The position numbers and the translations under genes are program-made. Below are positions 1 to 10,289 of a DNA stretch of 64,000 bases, one piece after another. The stretch's first letter is position 1. Every line of letters starts with the position of its first letter. The stretch comes from Ignavibacteria bacterium (GTDB taxonomy: Bacteria > Bacteroidota > Ignavibacteria > DATCTW01). The DNA lies in assembly GCA_036567745.1 (NCBI GenBank), contig DATCTW010000041.1:124260-188259 (forward strand), written 5' to 3'. Under the pieces are notes generated by a model that saw nothing but the letters and a program-made list of their open reading frames with translations, was not told the DNA's origin and did not search any database.

Positions 1-899
1 GATAGGGTTTTTAACCATTTAGGAGGGTTTATTTCAAGTTCATTATAAGATTCGATATCTGAATAGTCATAAGAAAGATCTCCTTTATATGTAGAAACAA
101 CAAATTTATCATCTAATATGTAAATTGAAAAACTTGCCATTTTCATTTGCATGAAAATTAAATATATGGCTGGTATTAAAGGTAAGAAAAATAAGTATGA
201 TAATGGATTCAGAAATATCAATTGAGAGCTATTCAAGACAATAAATGGAATTACAAAAAACATAAAAAATAAAAGGTAAGCGATAAAATCACCTAATAAT
301 ATTCTCCATCTATCGTAATAAAATTCATTTTGACCATGCTTTTTGTATGGTAAAAATATGAATAATAATAACCCTAATAACAAAACAAAATAAGAATACT
401 TTCTTAATGGATAAAATATTTTTATTTTTGGGAAAGTATAAAACTGAAAATCATTATATGATGCTATCTCATATTTAACTTTTATTAGTAATGTGGTATC
501 TTTAGGTATCTGGATATAAATTTCTTTTGTGTTTGTATTAAATTTATCTTTAATTTGATTTAAAAGAGGATCGCTATCGCTGAAATAATATGAATTGCCG
601 AATTCACCTCTATTCTCTTTGAACTTATCGTCTTTTAATTCACCAAAAAAGTTTATCCATTCAGGGCTATCCTTTTTATAAATTTTATTTCTTGTTATTT
701 CTTTTATATAATCATTAATTGGTAAATCATAAATGTATGAGCTTTCTGTTTTGAAAAATAATTTTTCCTTTGATTTTTTTTGTTCATTTTCTGCATTGAA
801 CAACGAAACTTGATAATATGAAGTAATATAAGTGAAAAAGAAAAACCACACTCCTGTAATTATACAAAAAAGCAATATCCATCTACGATAGTATTCCAT
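1..899 (-). CDS. hypothetical membrane protein (3' end runs off the left edge of the window)
   Basis: I checked every in-frame triplet on the minus strand from ATG at 899-897 down to position 3 and found no stop in 299 codons. That is very unlikely by chance in DNA this AT-rich. Translation begins MEYYRRWILLFCIITGVWFFFFTYITSYYQ and has further hydrophobic stretches (YFVLLLGLLLFIFLPY, FIAYLLFFMFFVIPFIVL, YLFFLPLIPAIYLIF). It is absent from the ORF track because it is truncated. No family recognised. Confidence 0.6.
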   Translation of the reverse strand, partial: MEYYRRWILLFCIITGVWFFFFTYITSYYQVSLFNAENEQKKSKEKLFFKTESSYIYDLPINDYIKEITRNKIYKKDSPEWINFFGELKDDKFKENRGEFGNSYYFSDSDPLLNQIKDKFNTNTKEIYIQIPKDTTLLIKVKYEIASYNDFQFYTFPKIKIFYPLRKYSYFVLLLGLLLFIFLPYKKHGQNEFYYDRWRILLGDFIAYLLFFMFFVIPFIVLNSSQLIFLNPLSYLFFLPLIPAIYLIFMQMKMASFSIYILDDKFVVSTYKGDLSYDYSDIESYNELEINPPKWLKTL

Positions 900-906
900 A
901 TAAATA

Positions 907-2130
907 TTATTTACCCCAAAAATAAATTAGTATATCATCTATTAAAGCTCTCCAATTGCCCCAGGAGTGTCCTTCGTTTACTTCTTTATACATTAGTTCA
1001 TAACCATCAGCTTTTAAAATATCCCTGACTTTTCTTGTTAAATCAACTCCATCATTGATTGTGCCAGAAGTGAGAAATACTTTTTGATTGTGCTTTTCAG
1101 AGTTTTTATAGATTTCTTCCAACCTCGGAGCTCCGCTATACGCTGGTGATTGTATGGCTATTAATTTAAATATATCAGGTCTCATTAATGCAAAGTAAGT
1201 TGCACATACACCTCCATAAGATGTCCCTAATATTGCTCTATTATTGGGCGAATTGCTGGTTTTATATTTTAAGTCTATAATTGGAATTAATTCCTCTGAA
1301 ACAAATTTTAAATATTTTTCGTTTAGCAAAAATTGAGTTTCTCTTTTATTAATTTGCAAAGAGTCCGGATCTCGAGGATCTATAAATATTGCTATAATTG
1401 GCCTAATGAGATTTTTGGCAATTAAATTATCTAAAACAATAACCATACTGCCTTTTTGATCATCCATATATTCATGTCCATCAGTAACATAAATAACAGG
1501 TATATCATTTAGCTTATCATAATTGTATGGAAGATAAACGTGATAAAGTAGGCTGTATCCAAGATTTTTACTGTGAATGCGAATGTTTTCAATTAATTTT
1601 CCTCTCTGAATACTTGAATCTCTAATCACATAAGGAGATGGTTCCCAATCAGGCATTCTTAGTTCAGAGTTTGGACCAAAACCACTCATCTGAATATTTT
1701 CATTATCAGGATCTAGAATCCAATTACCATCGACTACAATCTTATAATCTAATCTTGCATCAGAAGGAAACTCTTTTTCTAGATACCATACGTCAATATT
1801 TTTTATCTTAACAGCATTTGAGTTATCTTGATTATGCCGACCCCATCCACTAAAATCACCTTCGAATGATACTTTTTTTGCATTACCCTTGTATAAAAAT
1901 ATTACTTGATTGTTTTGAGTAAAAGGAATATTTTTATTGTCTTTTAAATAGTTCCACAATTGATTTAACTGTGATTCTCTGTCTTCTTCTTTTTTTATTT
2001 CTGAAATTTTAAACAGCTCTTTTTTTAGATCATCACAGGTAATGATTTTTATTGAGTCATTAACCTGTGCTCTTATAAGATGAAAAAAAGAGAAAAACAA
2101 TATAACTGATACTATTAGAAATTTTTTCAT
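907..2130 (-). CDS. secreted esterase (esterase D / enterochelin-esterase-like alpha/beta hydrolase) with N-terminal E-set/CBM48-like module
   Basis: 407-aa ORF with signal peptide MKKFLIVSVILFFSFFHLIRA. It has an N-terminal beta-sandwich-like segment (VSFEGDFSGWG...DYKIVVDGNWILDP), then a 'putative esterase' type domain (YHVYLPYNYD...IPVIYVTDGHEY) with the GxSxG nucleophile elbow GTSYGG. Confidence 0.7.
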   Translation of the reverse strand: MKKFLIVSVILFFSFFHLIRAQVNDSIKIITCDDLKKELFKISEIKKEEDRESQLNQLWNYLKDNKNIPFTQNNQVIFLYKGNAKKVSFEGDFSGWGRHNQDNSNAVKIKNIDVWYLEKEFPSDARLDYKIVVDGNWILDPDNENIQMSGFGPNSELRMPDWEPSPYVIRDSSIQRGKLIENIRIHSKNLGYSLLYHVYLPYNYDKLNDIPVIYVTDGHEYMDDQKGSMVIVLDNLIAKNLIRPIIAIFIDPRDPDSLQINKRETQFLLNEKYLKFVSEELIPIIDLKYKTSNSPNNRAILGTSYGGVCATYFALMRPDIFKLIAIQSPAYSGAPRLEEIYKNSEKHNQKVFLTSGTINDGVDLTRKVRDILKADGYELMYKEVNEGHSWGNWRALIDDILIYFWGK

Positions 2131-2146
2131 ATCATTATTATTTAGT

Positions 2147-4606
2147 TTATTTTTTAATTTTTGCTATTCCCCAATCAGCATGGTCATAATCAATATTATC
2201 TCCTCCATCTAACACGACTAGTTTTAGCTTCTTAATACCATTAATATTTATATCACAAATTTCTGGTTTTGAATCATATTTGATTAAACCTGATTTCCAT
2301 AGAAGTTTATCATCGCCATATACTTCAAAAATAACACTACCTTTTTTCTGTTTTGTAACATAACTATCTAAACCAACAATAGAGTAGAAATTGCTGTAAA
2401 AACCTTTTATATCATATACAATCTCTGCGTTTGAATGAGTTCCCAATCCTTTATCATAGTATTTACCATCAATATTTATTTTTGATCCTACTATTGATTT
2501 ATCAGAATAAGGGTAATTTATGTATTCTATATTTGAATAAATTGGAATTATATCAGATAAATACACTTCATTTGAAAAACAATCTTCCTTTTTTAATTTT
2601 AAAGTATCTCTATTTTTACTTTCAGAACCATCATACCATACAGTAGCTATTTCAATAGTATTTTCATCTTGCAAATCATAATTCTCAATTTTGGCTTCAT
2701 TTGTTTGTGTAATTCCTAATGCTTTACCATTGAAATAAATTCTATTACCAGCATATAAGAAATAATTTGCTTTCCATTTTATATTTATTGTATTCATATT
2801 GCTGATTGAATAGGTAATTGGATCTGGGTTAAAAGGCGGATAATAATAGTTCTCTTTTGTTTTAAATTTTACTTTCCAGGATATTATACTATTTTTTTCA
2901 GGATATATTTTCACAACACTAAAATTATCATGATTTATAATTTCATTTTTTAATTTGTCTGTTTTACACTCCACAATTTCATAACCTTCTTTGCTCGGTG
3001 GATAAACAAAAGTTAACTCGTATACATCTCCTTTTATTACTTTGCTTTTCCCGTTGAATACCATAGTTTTTGGATCGTACTTTTCTTCAAGTAGATCTAT
3101 CCAGCCTTGTGTTATATGTCTATTTGTTGAAATTAGTTGAGGTTCATTTTTAACAGGTAATAAAGTAAGAACTCTACAAGCAGCATTACTAACATCAACG
3201 AAATATCCGTCATCCCATGCACCAAGATAATCTTTGTTCCAGAAATCATAAATATGATATTTTCCTTTTAATCCAAGATCCTGCCAATTTAAATAGAAAA
3301 TATCCGATTTATTTTTTGAAAGATTAAATACACCTATAACATCATATTCTTTATTCAGATGTTTTATTTTTAAATCCCAAATATTTTTTGGAATTTTATG
3401 ATTAAATAAGTCTATAGGTCTAATATCAACAGCAGGGAATACTCTTTTTAGAATTTCAACCCTTTCATTATTTAAATCCGGTAATCTATCACTTGCTAAT
3501 AGTGCTTGACCGGTTAAACCTTGTAGGGTTGCCCAAGCCCTAGCCATATCTATAGTAAGAGGATGTCGCAATAGCATAACATCTGGATCACAATACCACA
3601 CTATATTATGTAAGAAATAGTATTTCATTGTTGCATTAAAGGAAACACCAAAACCTGTTTCCCAATCTAAAATAACATCTCCATAAGTTCTTGAACCGTC
3701 CATTATCCCAATACCTTCAAGAGGAATACCCCAACATCCAAGCAAATATCTTTTTGGACCTATTGTCTCTTTCATTGTTTTTAGTGTATTTCTATAGAGT
3801 TCAATAGGATCTCCAGTTGAGTCATGCATAACCCCCTTTTTGTTTTTATATTCACTTACAACAATAGGTTGACCATCAATTTTGAAATAATCAAACCCCC
3901 AATCAGATAGTGTTTTAAATAAATTTGAAAAATATTCTTTAGTTTTTGGGTGAGAAGGATCAACAAGATATGTACCTTCCCATGTGTCAGAAGCAGTATT
4001 ACCAGATTTATCCAGTAAAAAATTATTCCATTCATCAACCACCTTCTTATTACTTTGTCCATGAGGTGCTAACCAAAGACCAGCTATTAAACCTTTATTC
4101 TTAATATAATTTGTTAGATATTTCATTCCTTCGGGGAATCTCTTATCAATTGTAGTCCAATCTCTGTTGGAATTTGTGCCGTGTCCTATGCCTTGCCAAC
4201 CATCATCTATCTGACAATAAACAGCACCATAATCTTTTAAGTTGCTTGATAACCAGTCTGCATTTAACATTACTTCTTTAGAAGATATTTCCTGATAATA
4301 ATAATACCATGAGCACCAACCTGATGGAGGTAAAGAGAAAATTGATTTATCAATGGGTTTATAGAAAGTAATTTTTAGATTTTCTTTATAGTAGTTTTTT
4401 ATTTCTTGGCCTGTTTTTAAAATGACCTTGTCTTCATAAGGGAAAAAATATCCCTGGTTAATTTCAACTGTTGGATTTCCTAAAGTCATAAACATAATAT
4501 TTTTATTTTCGTCATTTATTCTGCAAGGAATTTTATCAGGAAGCTTATCTTGTGCAAATGAATATGAAAGGGAAAGAATAAATAGAAAAGTAAAAAACTT
4601 TTTCAT
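2147..4606 (-). CDS. clan GH-D (alpha-galactosidase-like, GH27/GH36-type) glycoside hydrolase with C-terminal NPCBM carbohydrate-binding module
   Basis: 819-aa ORF with a signal peptide. Motifs SGWCSWYYYY...YCQIDDGWQ and DYFKIDG are typical of melibiase-type TIM barrels. The C-terminal ~150 aa (LSDIIPIYSNIEYINYPY...KGLGTHSNAEIVYDI...DHADWGIAKI) fit the NPCBM/NEW2 module pattern. Confidence 0.65.
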   Translation of the reverse strand: MKKFFTFLFILSLSYSFAQDKLPDKIPCRINDENKNIMFMTLGNPTVEINQGYFFPYEDKVILKTGQEIKNYYKENLKITFYKPIDKSIFSLPPSGWCSWYYYYQEISSKEVMLNADWLSSNLKDYGAVYCQIDDGWQGIGHGTNSNRDWTTIDKRFPEGMKYLTNYIKNKGLIAGLWLAPHGQSNKKVVDEWNNFLLDKSGNTASDTWEGTYLVDPSHPKTKEYFSNLFKTLSDWGFDYFKIDGQPIVVSEYKNKKGVMHDSTGDPIELYRNTLKTMKETIGPKRYLLGCWGIPLEGIGIMDGSRTYGDVILDWETGFGVSFNATMKYYFLHNIVWYCDPDVMLLRHPLTIDMARAWATLQGLTGQALLASDRLPDLNNERVEILKRVFPAVDIRPIDLFNHKIPKNIWDLKIKHLNKEYDVIGVFNLSKNKSDIFYLNWQDLGLKGKYHIYDFWNKDYLGAWDDGYFVDVSNAACRVLTLLPVKNEPQLISTNRHITQGWIDLLEEKYDPKTMVFNGKSKVIKGDVYELTFVYPPSKEGYEIVECKTDKLKNEIINHDNFSVVKIYPEKNSIISWKVKFKTKENYYYPPFNPDPITYSISNMNTINIKWKANYFLYAGNRIYFNGKALGITQTNEAKIENYDLQDENTIEIATVWYDGSESKNRDTLKLKKEDCFSNEVYLSDIIPIYSNIEYINYPYSDKSIVGSKINIDGKYYDKGLGTHSNAEIVYDIKGFYSNFYSIVGLDSYVTKQKKGSVIFEVYGDDKLLWKSGLIKYDSKPEICDININGIKKLKLVVLDGGDNIDYDHADWGIAKIKK

Positions 4607-4921
4607 ATAATTTACTCCTTTGATAATATTTACATAATAACTTAATTGATTTTTTTGATATTTGCAAGAAGTATAAAATTAATCGTTTGTTTAATTTTTT
4701 ATAAATATATTTTTAATTAATCCGAATTATTATTTTGCTTTTAGCTTAAGAGCTATGTAGTAATATTAGAAATGTTTGATATTATATTAATTCCCTCTTT
4801 TTTTATTTTAAAAAATTTATATGAAAAAAGGATACAATAATTATTTTATTCTTTTTTTATATTATAAAATTATAACAAAATGTTGTAATATTACTAAATT
4901 ATTACTCAATAATTGTATAGA

Positions 4922-6421
4922 TTATTTTTTTAATTCTAATTTTTCTTTTAGTAATCCTATATTATTAGTTAGGTTCCACCATCCATTTTTAAAACTTGCA
5001 TAATCGTATGAACCGGTCATAGCTACTGAATATCTAATGGAGTTTGCATAGAAAAGCCAACCTTTTATCCACTCTTGTTCAATAGTTTCATCAAAAGGAT
5101 TTTTGTTGTTTTGTATTTTCTTATCCCAAATCTTTTGCATTAATTTTGTAGATGTTTTAATTAAATTATCTGTTTCATAATTAGTTATATCAAACTTAGC
5201 AAAATGATTTTTCGTCCAAGATGAACTATGGCAGTTATTACAAATAGATACCATAAGCTCTTTACGTTTATTTATTTCAAGTGAATCTATTAAAAACTCT
5301 TTGGCTATTTCATTGTTAAAAGTTGCAGGTAAAGGTAATTTATCTTTATTAATTATTTCAAAAGTTTTTCCTGTTTTTGGTTGTGGATGAGTATAAATGA
5401 GCCCAAAAATTCTAACCCAAAGTCTTGCTCCAAAATCATGCGATCGATTTGCAATTATCTCATTTTCATTATTAACTATTAAACTATTATGACAGTAAGC
5501 ACAGGTTGGAGTAGGGAAGTCAACCCCTGCTTTAATAGGTACACTATCCCAGTTATATTTCGATTCATTTGAACTAAAAATATTTCCATGCTTGCTTTCT
5601 TTGTAAACCTCCCATGCTGGCACGTCTGGCTCTAGATGACATTGAGCACAGGTATATGGTTTCCTTGCTATTTCGATTGAAAAAGAATGACGGGGATGGC
5701 AAGCTGTACAAGAACCCCTACTTCCATCTGGATTGATTCTACCAACACCTTGATTTGGCCAATTTTTTAAGTTTGGTATTTCCATCTCGCCAAGTTTTGT
5801 TTCAATTTTTTTGCTTCCATTAACAACTATTTCTAATCCATGACAACCAAAACAAGTTACACTTCTTGTTTCATCTGAAGGTTTAGTGTTTTCTATTATA
5901 TCATTTTTAAAAGTTTTATTACTTATTATTGTATTAACTAAAAGAGAATAAACAGGATTGGATTCTAAATTGTGATAAGCGTATGATTTTTTGCTTATGT
6001 TATACTCGTTTACCTCATTTAAATGGCAGGTTTTACAGTCTTCAGGTGAAACTATTACATTTATATCAAAACCATTATGTTCAAAATTATCTTTATGGTT
6101 GTTTTTATTCAATGAGTGACATTCATAACAACCAACAATGTTATTTAAAAGATTTTCTTCGATGTTATCATTAGATATTCTTCTTTCAAGTTTTTGCTTT
6201 TGTAATCCCTCTGATGGAGTTGTTTTTGAATGTCTGCTTTGTTCCCATGATGTTACTATACCCGGAGTATATATTTTATGACATTCAATACACATTTCGG
6301 TTTCAGAAGAAATTTTGTTTTTATTATTATCAGAATTTCTATTGGTGAAGGCAGAGAGAATAAAAAATGATAAAAAAGCTAGTATTAAAAATATAACTTT
6401 TTTAATGCTTGTTTTAATCAT
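4922..6421 (-). CDS. octaheme c-type cytochrome, hydroxylamine-oxidoreductase (HAO) family
   Basis: 499-aa ORF with an N-terminal signal/anchor and exactly eight CXXCH motifs read from the translation: CIECH, CYECH, CKTCH, CFGCH, CTACH, CAQCH, CAYCH, CNNCH. Heme count, spacing and the CTACHPRHSFS context match HAO-like multiheme proteins. Confidence 0.85.
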   Translation of the reverse strand: MIKTSIKKVIFLILAFLSFFILSAFTNRNSDNNKNKISSETEMCIECHKIYTPGIVTSWEQSRHSKTTPSEGLQKQKLERRISNDNIEENLLNNIVGCYECHSLNKNNHKDNFEHNGFDINVIVSPEDCKTCHLNEVNEYNISKKSYAYHNLESNPVYSLLVNTIISNKTFKNDIIENTKPSDETRSVTCFGCHGLEIVVNGSKKIETKLGEMEIPNLKNWPNQGVGRINPDGSRGSCTACHPRHSFSIEIARKPYTCAQCHLEPDVPAWEVYKESKHGNIFSSNESKYNWDSVPIKAGVDFPTPTCAYCHNSLIVNNENEIIANRSHDFGARLWVRIFGLIYTHPQPKTGKTFEIINKDKLPLPATFNNEIAKEFLIDSLEINKRKELMVSICNNCHSSSWTKNHFAKFDITNYETDNLIKTSTKLMQKIWDKKIQNNKNPFDETIEQEWIKGWLFYANSIRYSVAMTGSYDYASFKNGWWNLTNNIGLLKEKLELKK

Positions 6422-6486
6422 TGTAACACCTGTGGATTAAAATAGATTATGTAATAATATAAATATGAAAATAATTAAATGCAATA

Positions 6487-6522
6487 AAACAAAAAAGGCT
6501 GCCTTATTAAAGACAGCCTTTT
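6487..6522 (-). terminator. rho-independent terminator downstream of the amidase/T9SS gene
   Basis: AAAAGGCTG (6493-6501) pairs with CAGCCTTTT (6514-6522). On the minus strand the 3' arm runs into TTTTTTGTTTT. Confidence 0.6.
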
Positions 6523-6540
6523 AAAACCAGAATAAAAAAT

Positions 6541-9027
6541 CTATTTTGTTAAAACCATTTTTATGGAAGTGATTTTTGAATCCGTGTACAATTTTGCAAA
6601 ATAGATTCCTGAAGGATAATTAGAAGCATCCCAGTTTATAATATGAATACCCTGAGGTAAATAATCTTTTATTAGTACTGTTACTTCTCTTCCAAGTAAA
6701 TCGTATATTATTAGTTTCACATTACTGGATTTTGGTAAGTTGAATTTTAATGTCGTTGATGGATTAAATGGATTCGGGTAATTTTGTGCCAGATAAACCT
6801 CGTCTGGTAGCACGTAATTTGTATTTTGTACTGAAGTAAGAGGTTTATCAATTTCAGCTAACGATAGCTCATCGAGATAAATTGAACCTTCAGGCTTACC
6901 TTTTGAAGGGTCATAAGTTAGTTGATAACTGTCAAATCTTAAATATGGTCCTACAACGGGTCCAGGATTAAGCCATGAGCCCATTTCATTATAATTTGTA
7001 AATTTCCATTCTATTAGTTTCCATCCGTACCAATCAATAGTAACCCAATTGCTTACTCTATGTTTTGTTAATGTAGAGCTATCATCAACGCAGAATCTAA
7101 TTTGATTTTTACTGCTATCACCAAATACTAAAGATTGTAAAACAAGTGATGTGTCTATCATTTTATTATAAGCTGTCCCTTTTGAAAGATAAACACGAAT
7201 TAAATTTTGAGTTCCATCTTTCACAAATGAATAATCTAATTTTGCAGAATATTTATCCTGTGAAAATGGATAGTATATATTACTATCTAATGATAATTTA
7301 GTCTTTTCCGGGTAAACCCCAATAGTGCTACCACTCATTGTTGGTTGCCACCAATTATCTATACCCTGTGAGAAATCCTCAAGTGTTGTTACCGATTTAT
7401 ATTTTCTGTTGTTTGTGTTAACATAAAAATAATAAATAGATTTCATTGTGTTTTGGAAAATATCTTTTGCGGTATTATATATCAGAAGCACATAAACAGA
7501 GCTAGTATCCATTTGATTCTTCATCTTAACACAAACGTTGGTTTTATTATCAAGGTTATAAAACATCATATCTATTGGTTGGTCTATAGAATTCTTCCTT
7601 AATGCAATTGAAGATCTTAGTGAAGTTGTATCCATTAGTTTGTTAAAAGTAAATGTAATTGTACCCAATGTACTAAAATCTTTTAATGTTGAGTTTTTGG
7701 CAGGGTATGAGGATAGAACAAATGGTCTCTCATCATCAGATATCAAAGTTTTAAATGTAAGTATAAATGGATCTCCTGATACTCCATCCCCATTTCCATC
7801 AATAGAAAAACCTGCAATATCTTTTGCTGTTGTATCAATAAGAATAGTATAAGTAGTCTTTGAGTTTAACGGGGCAAGTGGTGTAAAACGTAAACTCATA
7901 TTAGAGTTTGACCAGCTGAAAGAACCCTCAACATTTGGTGTAATTTTAAATGCTTGTCTTACAGATGCGGTATCCATTGGTTTTGTAAATGTAAAATCGA
8001 AATATGAAGTAACCGAAACAGTAGTATCACCAGTTTTAAAGTTTGATGTAGCAACCGGAGGAATAAAGTTAATTAAAGTTTTATCTATGAATTTGATTTC
8101 ACCTTTATTTATTGTTACAAAGGCTGAATCAGGTAAATAATTTGGAGCTTCATATATTATTTTATAGTTACCAGCAACTAATTTATCAAACATGTAAAAA
8201 CCATTGTTATACCTATCACCTGTATAAGTAGAGTCAATTGGTAATATTTTTACATTCAAATAATTTATTGGATTATTCGAAGTCATATCTTTAATAATGC
8301 CAGCTATTATGCATAATGTATCGGGCGGAACACCAAAATATTCCATTATACCATTTCGAATGGCATAAGCTTCCATTTTTCTATAATGATTATTCATTAA
8401 TCTTCTTGTTTCAGGAAAATAATCGTGAAATGAACCTTCTGAAAGCTCACCTGGCATTACAAGACCTTTTAGTACACCTAGATTATAACCATCTTGTGGG
8501 CCACCGTAGAAAGTATAATCAAGATAAGTTGTTGAACCAGATGTGCGTAGATTTCTTACAAAATGTTTACCTAAAATATTGCTCATAGTTACAGCTTCAG
8601 GGAAAGCTGCTTTTCTCGTTGGAATATCCTCTTTTACCAACATCATTGTTGAATTAATACTATTATTTGGGGATTTAGAAGAAGCATTACTATGAATAGA
8701 GTGAAACCATGTTACATTGTTTGCATTAGCTAATTGCCACCTCGCTGTTAAAGATGGTTCTTCATCGTTTGGGTAGTAATTAGTATATCTTGTAAGAATA
8801 ACCCAGGCTCCAAGCTCTTTTAACATTGGTTCAAGTAACAGGGCTTTTTGGAAATTACTTTCTGATTCCCAAAAATCTGTACCAGGATCTGGAACTACGT
8901 GTCTATCGTTTGCAGGGTTATTACCTCCGTGTCCCGGATCAATACAAAATTTTAAACCAGAGAGATCCGTTCTCTGAGCAAGAAGTGTTATTGTAAAAAT
9001 TATATATAGAAAAAATATCTTTTTCAT
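6541..9027 (-). CDS. N-acetylmuramoyl-L-alanine amidase domain protein with Ig-like repeats and T9SS C-terminal sorting domain
   Basis: 828 aa with a signal peptide. The N-terminal Amidase_3-type motif is FCIDPGHGGNNPAND. The central region has SbsA/Big-like repeats (FTFTKPMDTASV, FTFNKLMDTTSL). The C-terminus NYPNPFNPSTTLKFNLPKSSNVKLIIYDLLGREV...IYFAKL is a classic T9SS (Por secretion tail) sorting domain. Confidence 0.8.
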   Translation of the reverse strand: MKKIFFLYIIFTITLLAQRTDLSGLKFCIDPGHGGNNPANDRHVVPDPGTDFWESESNFQKALLLEPMLKELGAWVILTRYTNYYPNDEEPSLTARWQLANANNVTWFHSIHSNASSKSPNNSINSTMMLVKEDIPTRKAAFPEAVTMSNILGKHFVRNLRTSGSTTYLDYTFYGGPQDGYNLGVLKGLVMPGELSEGSFHDYFPETRRLMNNHYRKMEAYAIRNGIMEYFGVPPDTLCIIAGIIKDMTSNNPINYLNVKILPIDSTYTGDRYNNGFYMFDKLVAGNYKIIYEAPNYLPDSAFVTINKGEIKFIDKTLINFIPPVATSNFKTGDTTVSVTSYFDFTFTKPMDTASVRQAFKITPNVEGSFSWSNSNMSLRFTPLAPLNSKTTYTILIDTTAKDIAGFSIDGNGDGVSGDPFILTFKTLISDDERPFVLSSYPAKNSTLKDFSTLGTITFTFNKLMDTTSLRSSIALRKNSIDQPIDMMFYNLDNKTNVCVKMKNQMDTSSVYVLLIYNTAKDIFQNTMKSIYYFYVNTNNRKYKSVTTLEDFSQGIDNWWQPTMSGSTIGVYPEKTKLSLDSNIYYPFSQDKYSAKLDYSFVKDGTQNLIRVYLSKGTAYNKMIDTSLVLQSLVFGDSSKNQIRFCVDDSSTLTKHRVSNWVTIDWYGWKLIEWKFTNYNEMGSWLNPGPVVGPYLRFDSYQLTYDPSKGKPEGSIYLDELSLAEIDKPLTSVQNTNYVLPDEVYLAQNYPNPFNPSTTLKFNLPKSSNVKLIIYDLLGREVTVLIKDYLPQGIHIINWDASNYPSGIYFAKLYTDSKITSIKMVLTK

Positions 9028-9929
9028 TATTTCATCTCCTCATAAGTTAATATATAAAGATCCCCTTCCAGTGAGGAGAAAACAATTTTGTTCTCAGTTG
9101 GTGAGCATATTGGATTTAGTTCGATTACATTTTTATCATTTGTAAGTTGTATATTTTGTTTGCCATCTATTGATGTGCAGTAAATATCAGAAGAAATAAT
9201 ATTATAACCATCGTCTTTATCGTTCATATATACTACCCATTTACCATCTTTTGTGAAACAGGGTGAGTTTTTTCTTCCAAGAAAAGAAATGATTTCTCCT
9301 TCTAAAGTACAAATAAAGGTTCCTTTTGACATTTCATAAGCTAATAGTAACTTACCGTCTGGAGAAATTGATGGCCAGATATAGCTACCATTTATTATAG
9401 GGTCAAAAATTTCTTTTTTACCATCTTTTAATATTATAATTTTTGTATTTTCAATACCAAGTAATTTTACATCTTTGGTTTTCGGAGGCTCAATATTTAA
9501 CTTACCCCTATTCTTTGTATACAGTATTTTACCTGAAAGTAAAAAAGGGGTGGAAAGCTCTTCTGCGGTTTCAATTATTGATGACTTGTTGTTGTTTAAA
9601 TTTACTTCTATTATTTCCTGGTAGCGATTTACCCCGTTATATATACTTCTTCTATAAGTAATAGTTGAATCACCTATTGCATAATCGAAACCCGAAAATT
9701 TATCGTTTGTGATTAAAATAGGAGTTTTGTCTTTTAGAGATAATTTCCATATACCATCATAATTGATGTTAGTAAAAAATAATGAAGAACCATCTGGGGA
9801 AAATTTAGCTTGAAAAGCAGGTGTGGTATTTGATAAGTTAATTCTCTCAATATCAATTACCTTTATCTGAGTAAACGAGGTAAAAGTAAAAGAAAGAATT
9901 AGTAAAATAGTTAGTGATAATTTTTTCAT
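9027..9929 (-). CDS. TolB-like / PD40 beta-propeller repeat protein (secreted)
   Basis: 300 aa with a signal peptide. It has repeated SPDG..L.F / SPDGKLLL / TKDGKWVVY / SPTENKIVFSS blades typical of WD40-like PD40 propellers. Its stop overlaps the downstream start by 1 nt (TAATG). Confidence 0.65.
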   Translation of the reverse strand: MKKLSLTILLILSFTFTSFTQIKVIDIERINLSNTTPAFQAKFSPDGSSLFFTNINYDGIWKLSLKDKTPILITNDKFSGFDYAIGDSTITYRRSIYNGVNRYQEIIEVNLNNNKSSIIETAEELSTPFLLSGKILYTKNRGKLNIEPPKTKDVKLLGIENTKIIILKDGKKEIFDPIINGSYIWPSISPDGKLLLAYEMSKGTFICTLEGEIISFLGRKNSPCFTKDGKWVVYMNDKDDGYNIISSDIYCTSIDGKQNIQLTNDKNVIELNPICSPTENKIVFSSLEGDLYILTYEEMK

Positions 9930-10289
9930 TTATCCCTCATTGTTTTATAATTCGACTTAAATTATGAAAAATAATTATTTAAATCAATGATATTTATTAA
10001 TAATGATAAAAAATTAATAAAATAAATCATAAAATATTGATTAGTTTTTTCAAAATATTAATATATATAATTATTTTTTCTATATTTAGATCAATCGTAA
10101 TTTATTAGATAAAAAGGTCATAAATTTTTCTCTTTATTTTTAATTTTTTTGTTTTTTGACTTTGAAAAAAGCTAATAAAATCAGTATAAAAAAAATTTTT
10201 TAAATTTTATAAAAAATACTTGCTTTTAAAATTATATTGACTAACTTTAAATCAGTTTGTTTACAATTCATTTAAAGAGAGATTTCCAT

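Noticed and set aside
4821-5003. 60-aa ORF in the AT-rich spacer upstream of the GH gene
   Set aside because: It is low complexity, overlaps the 3' end of the cytochrome gene on the other strand, and has no RBS.
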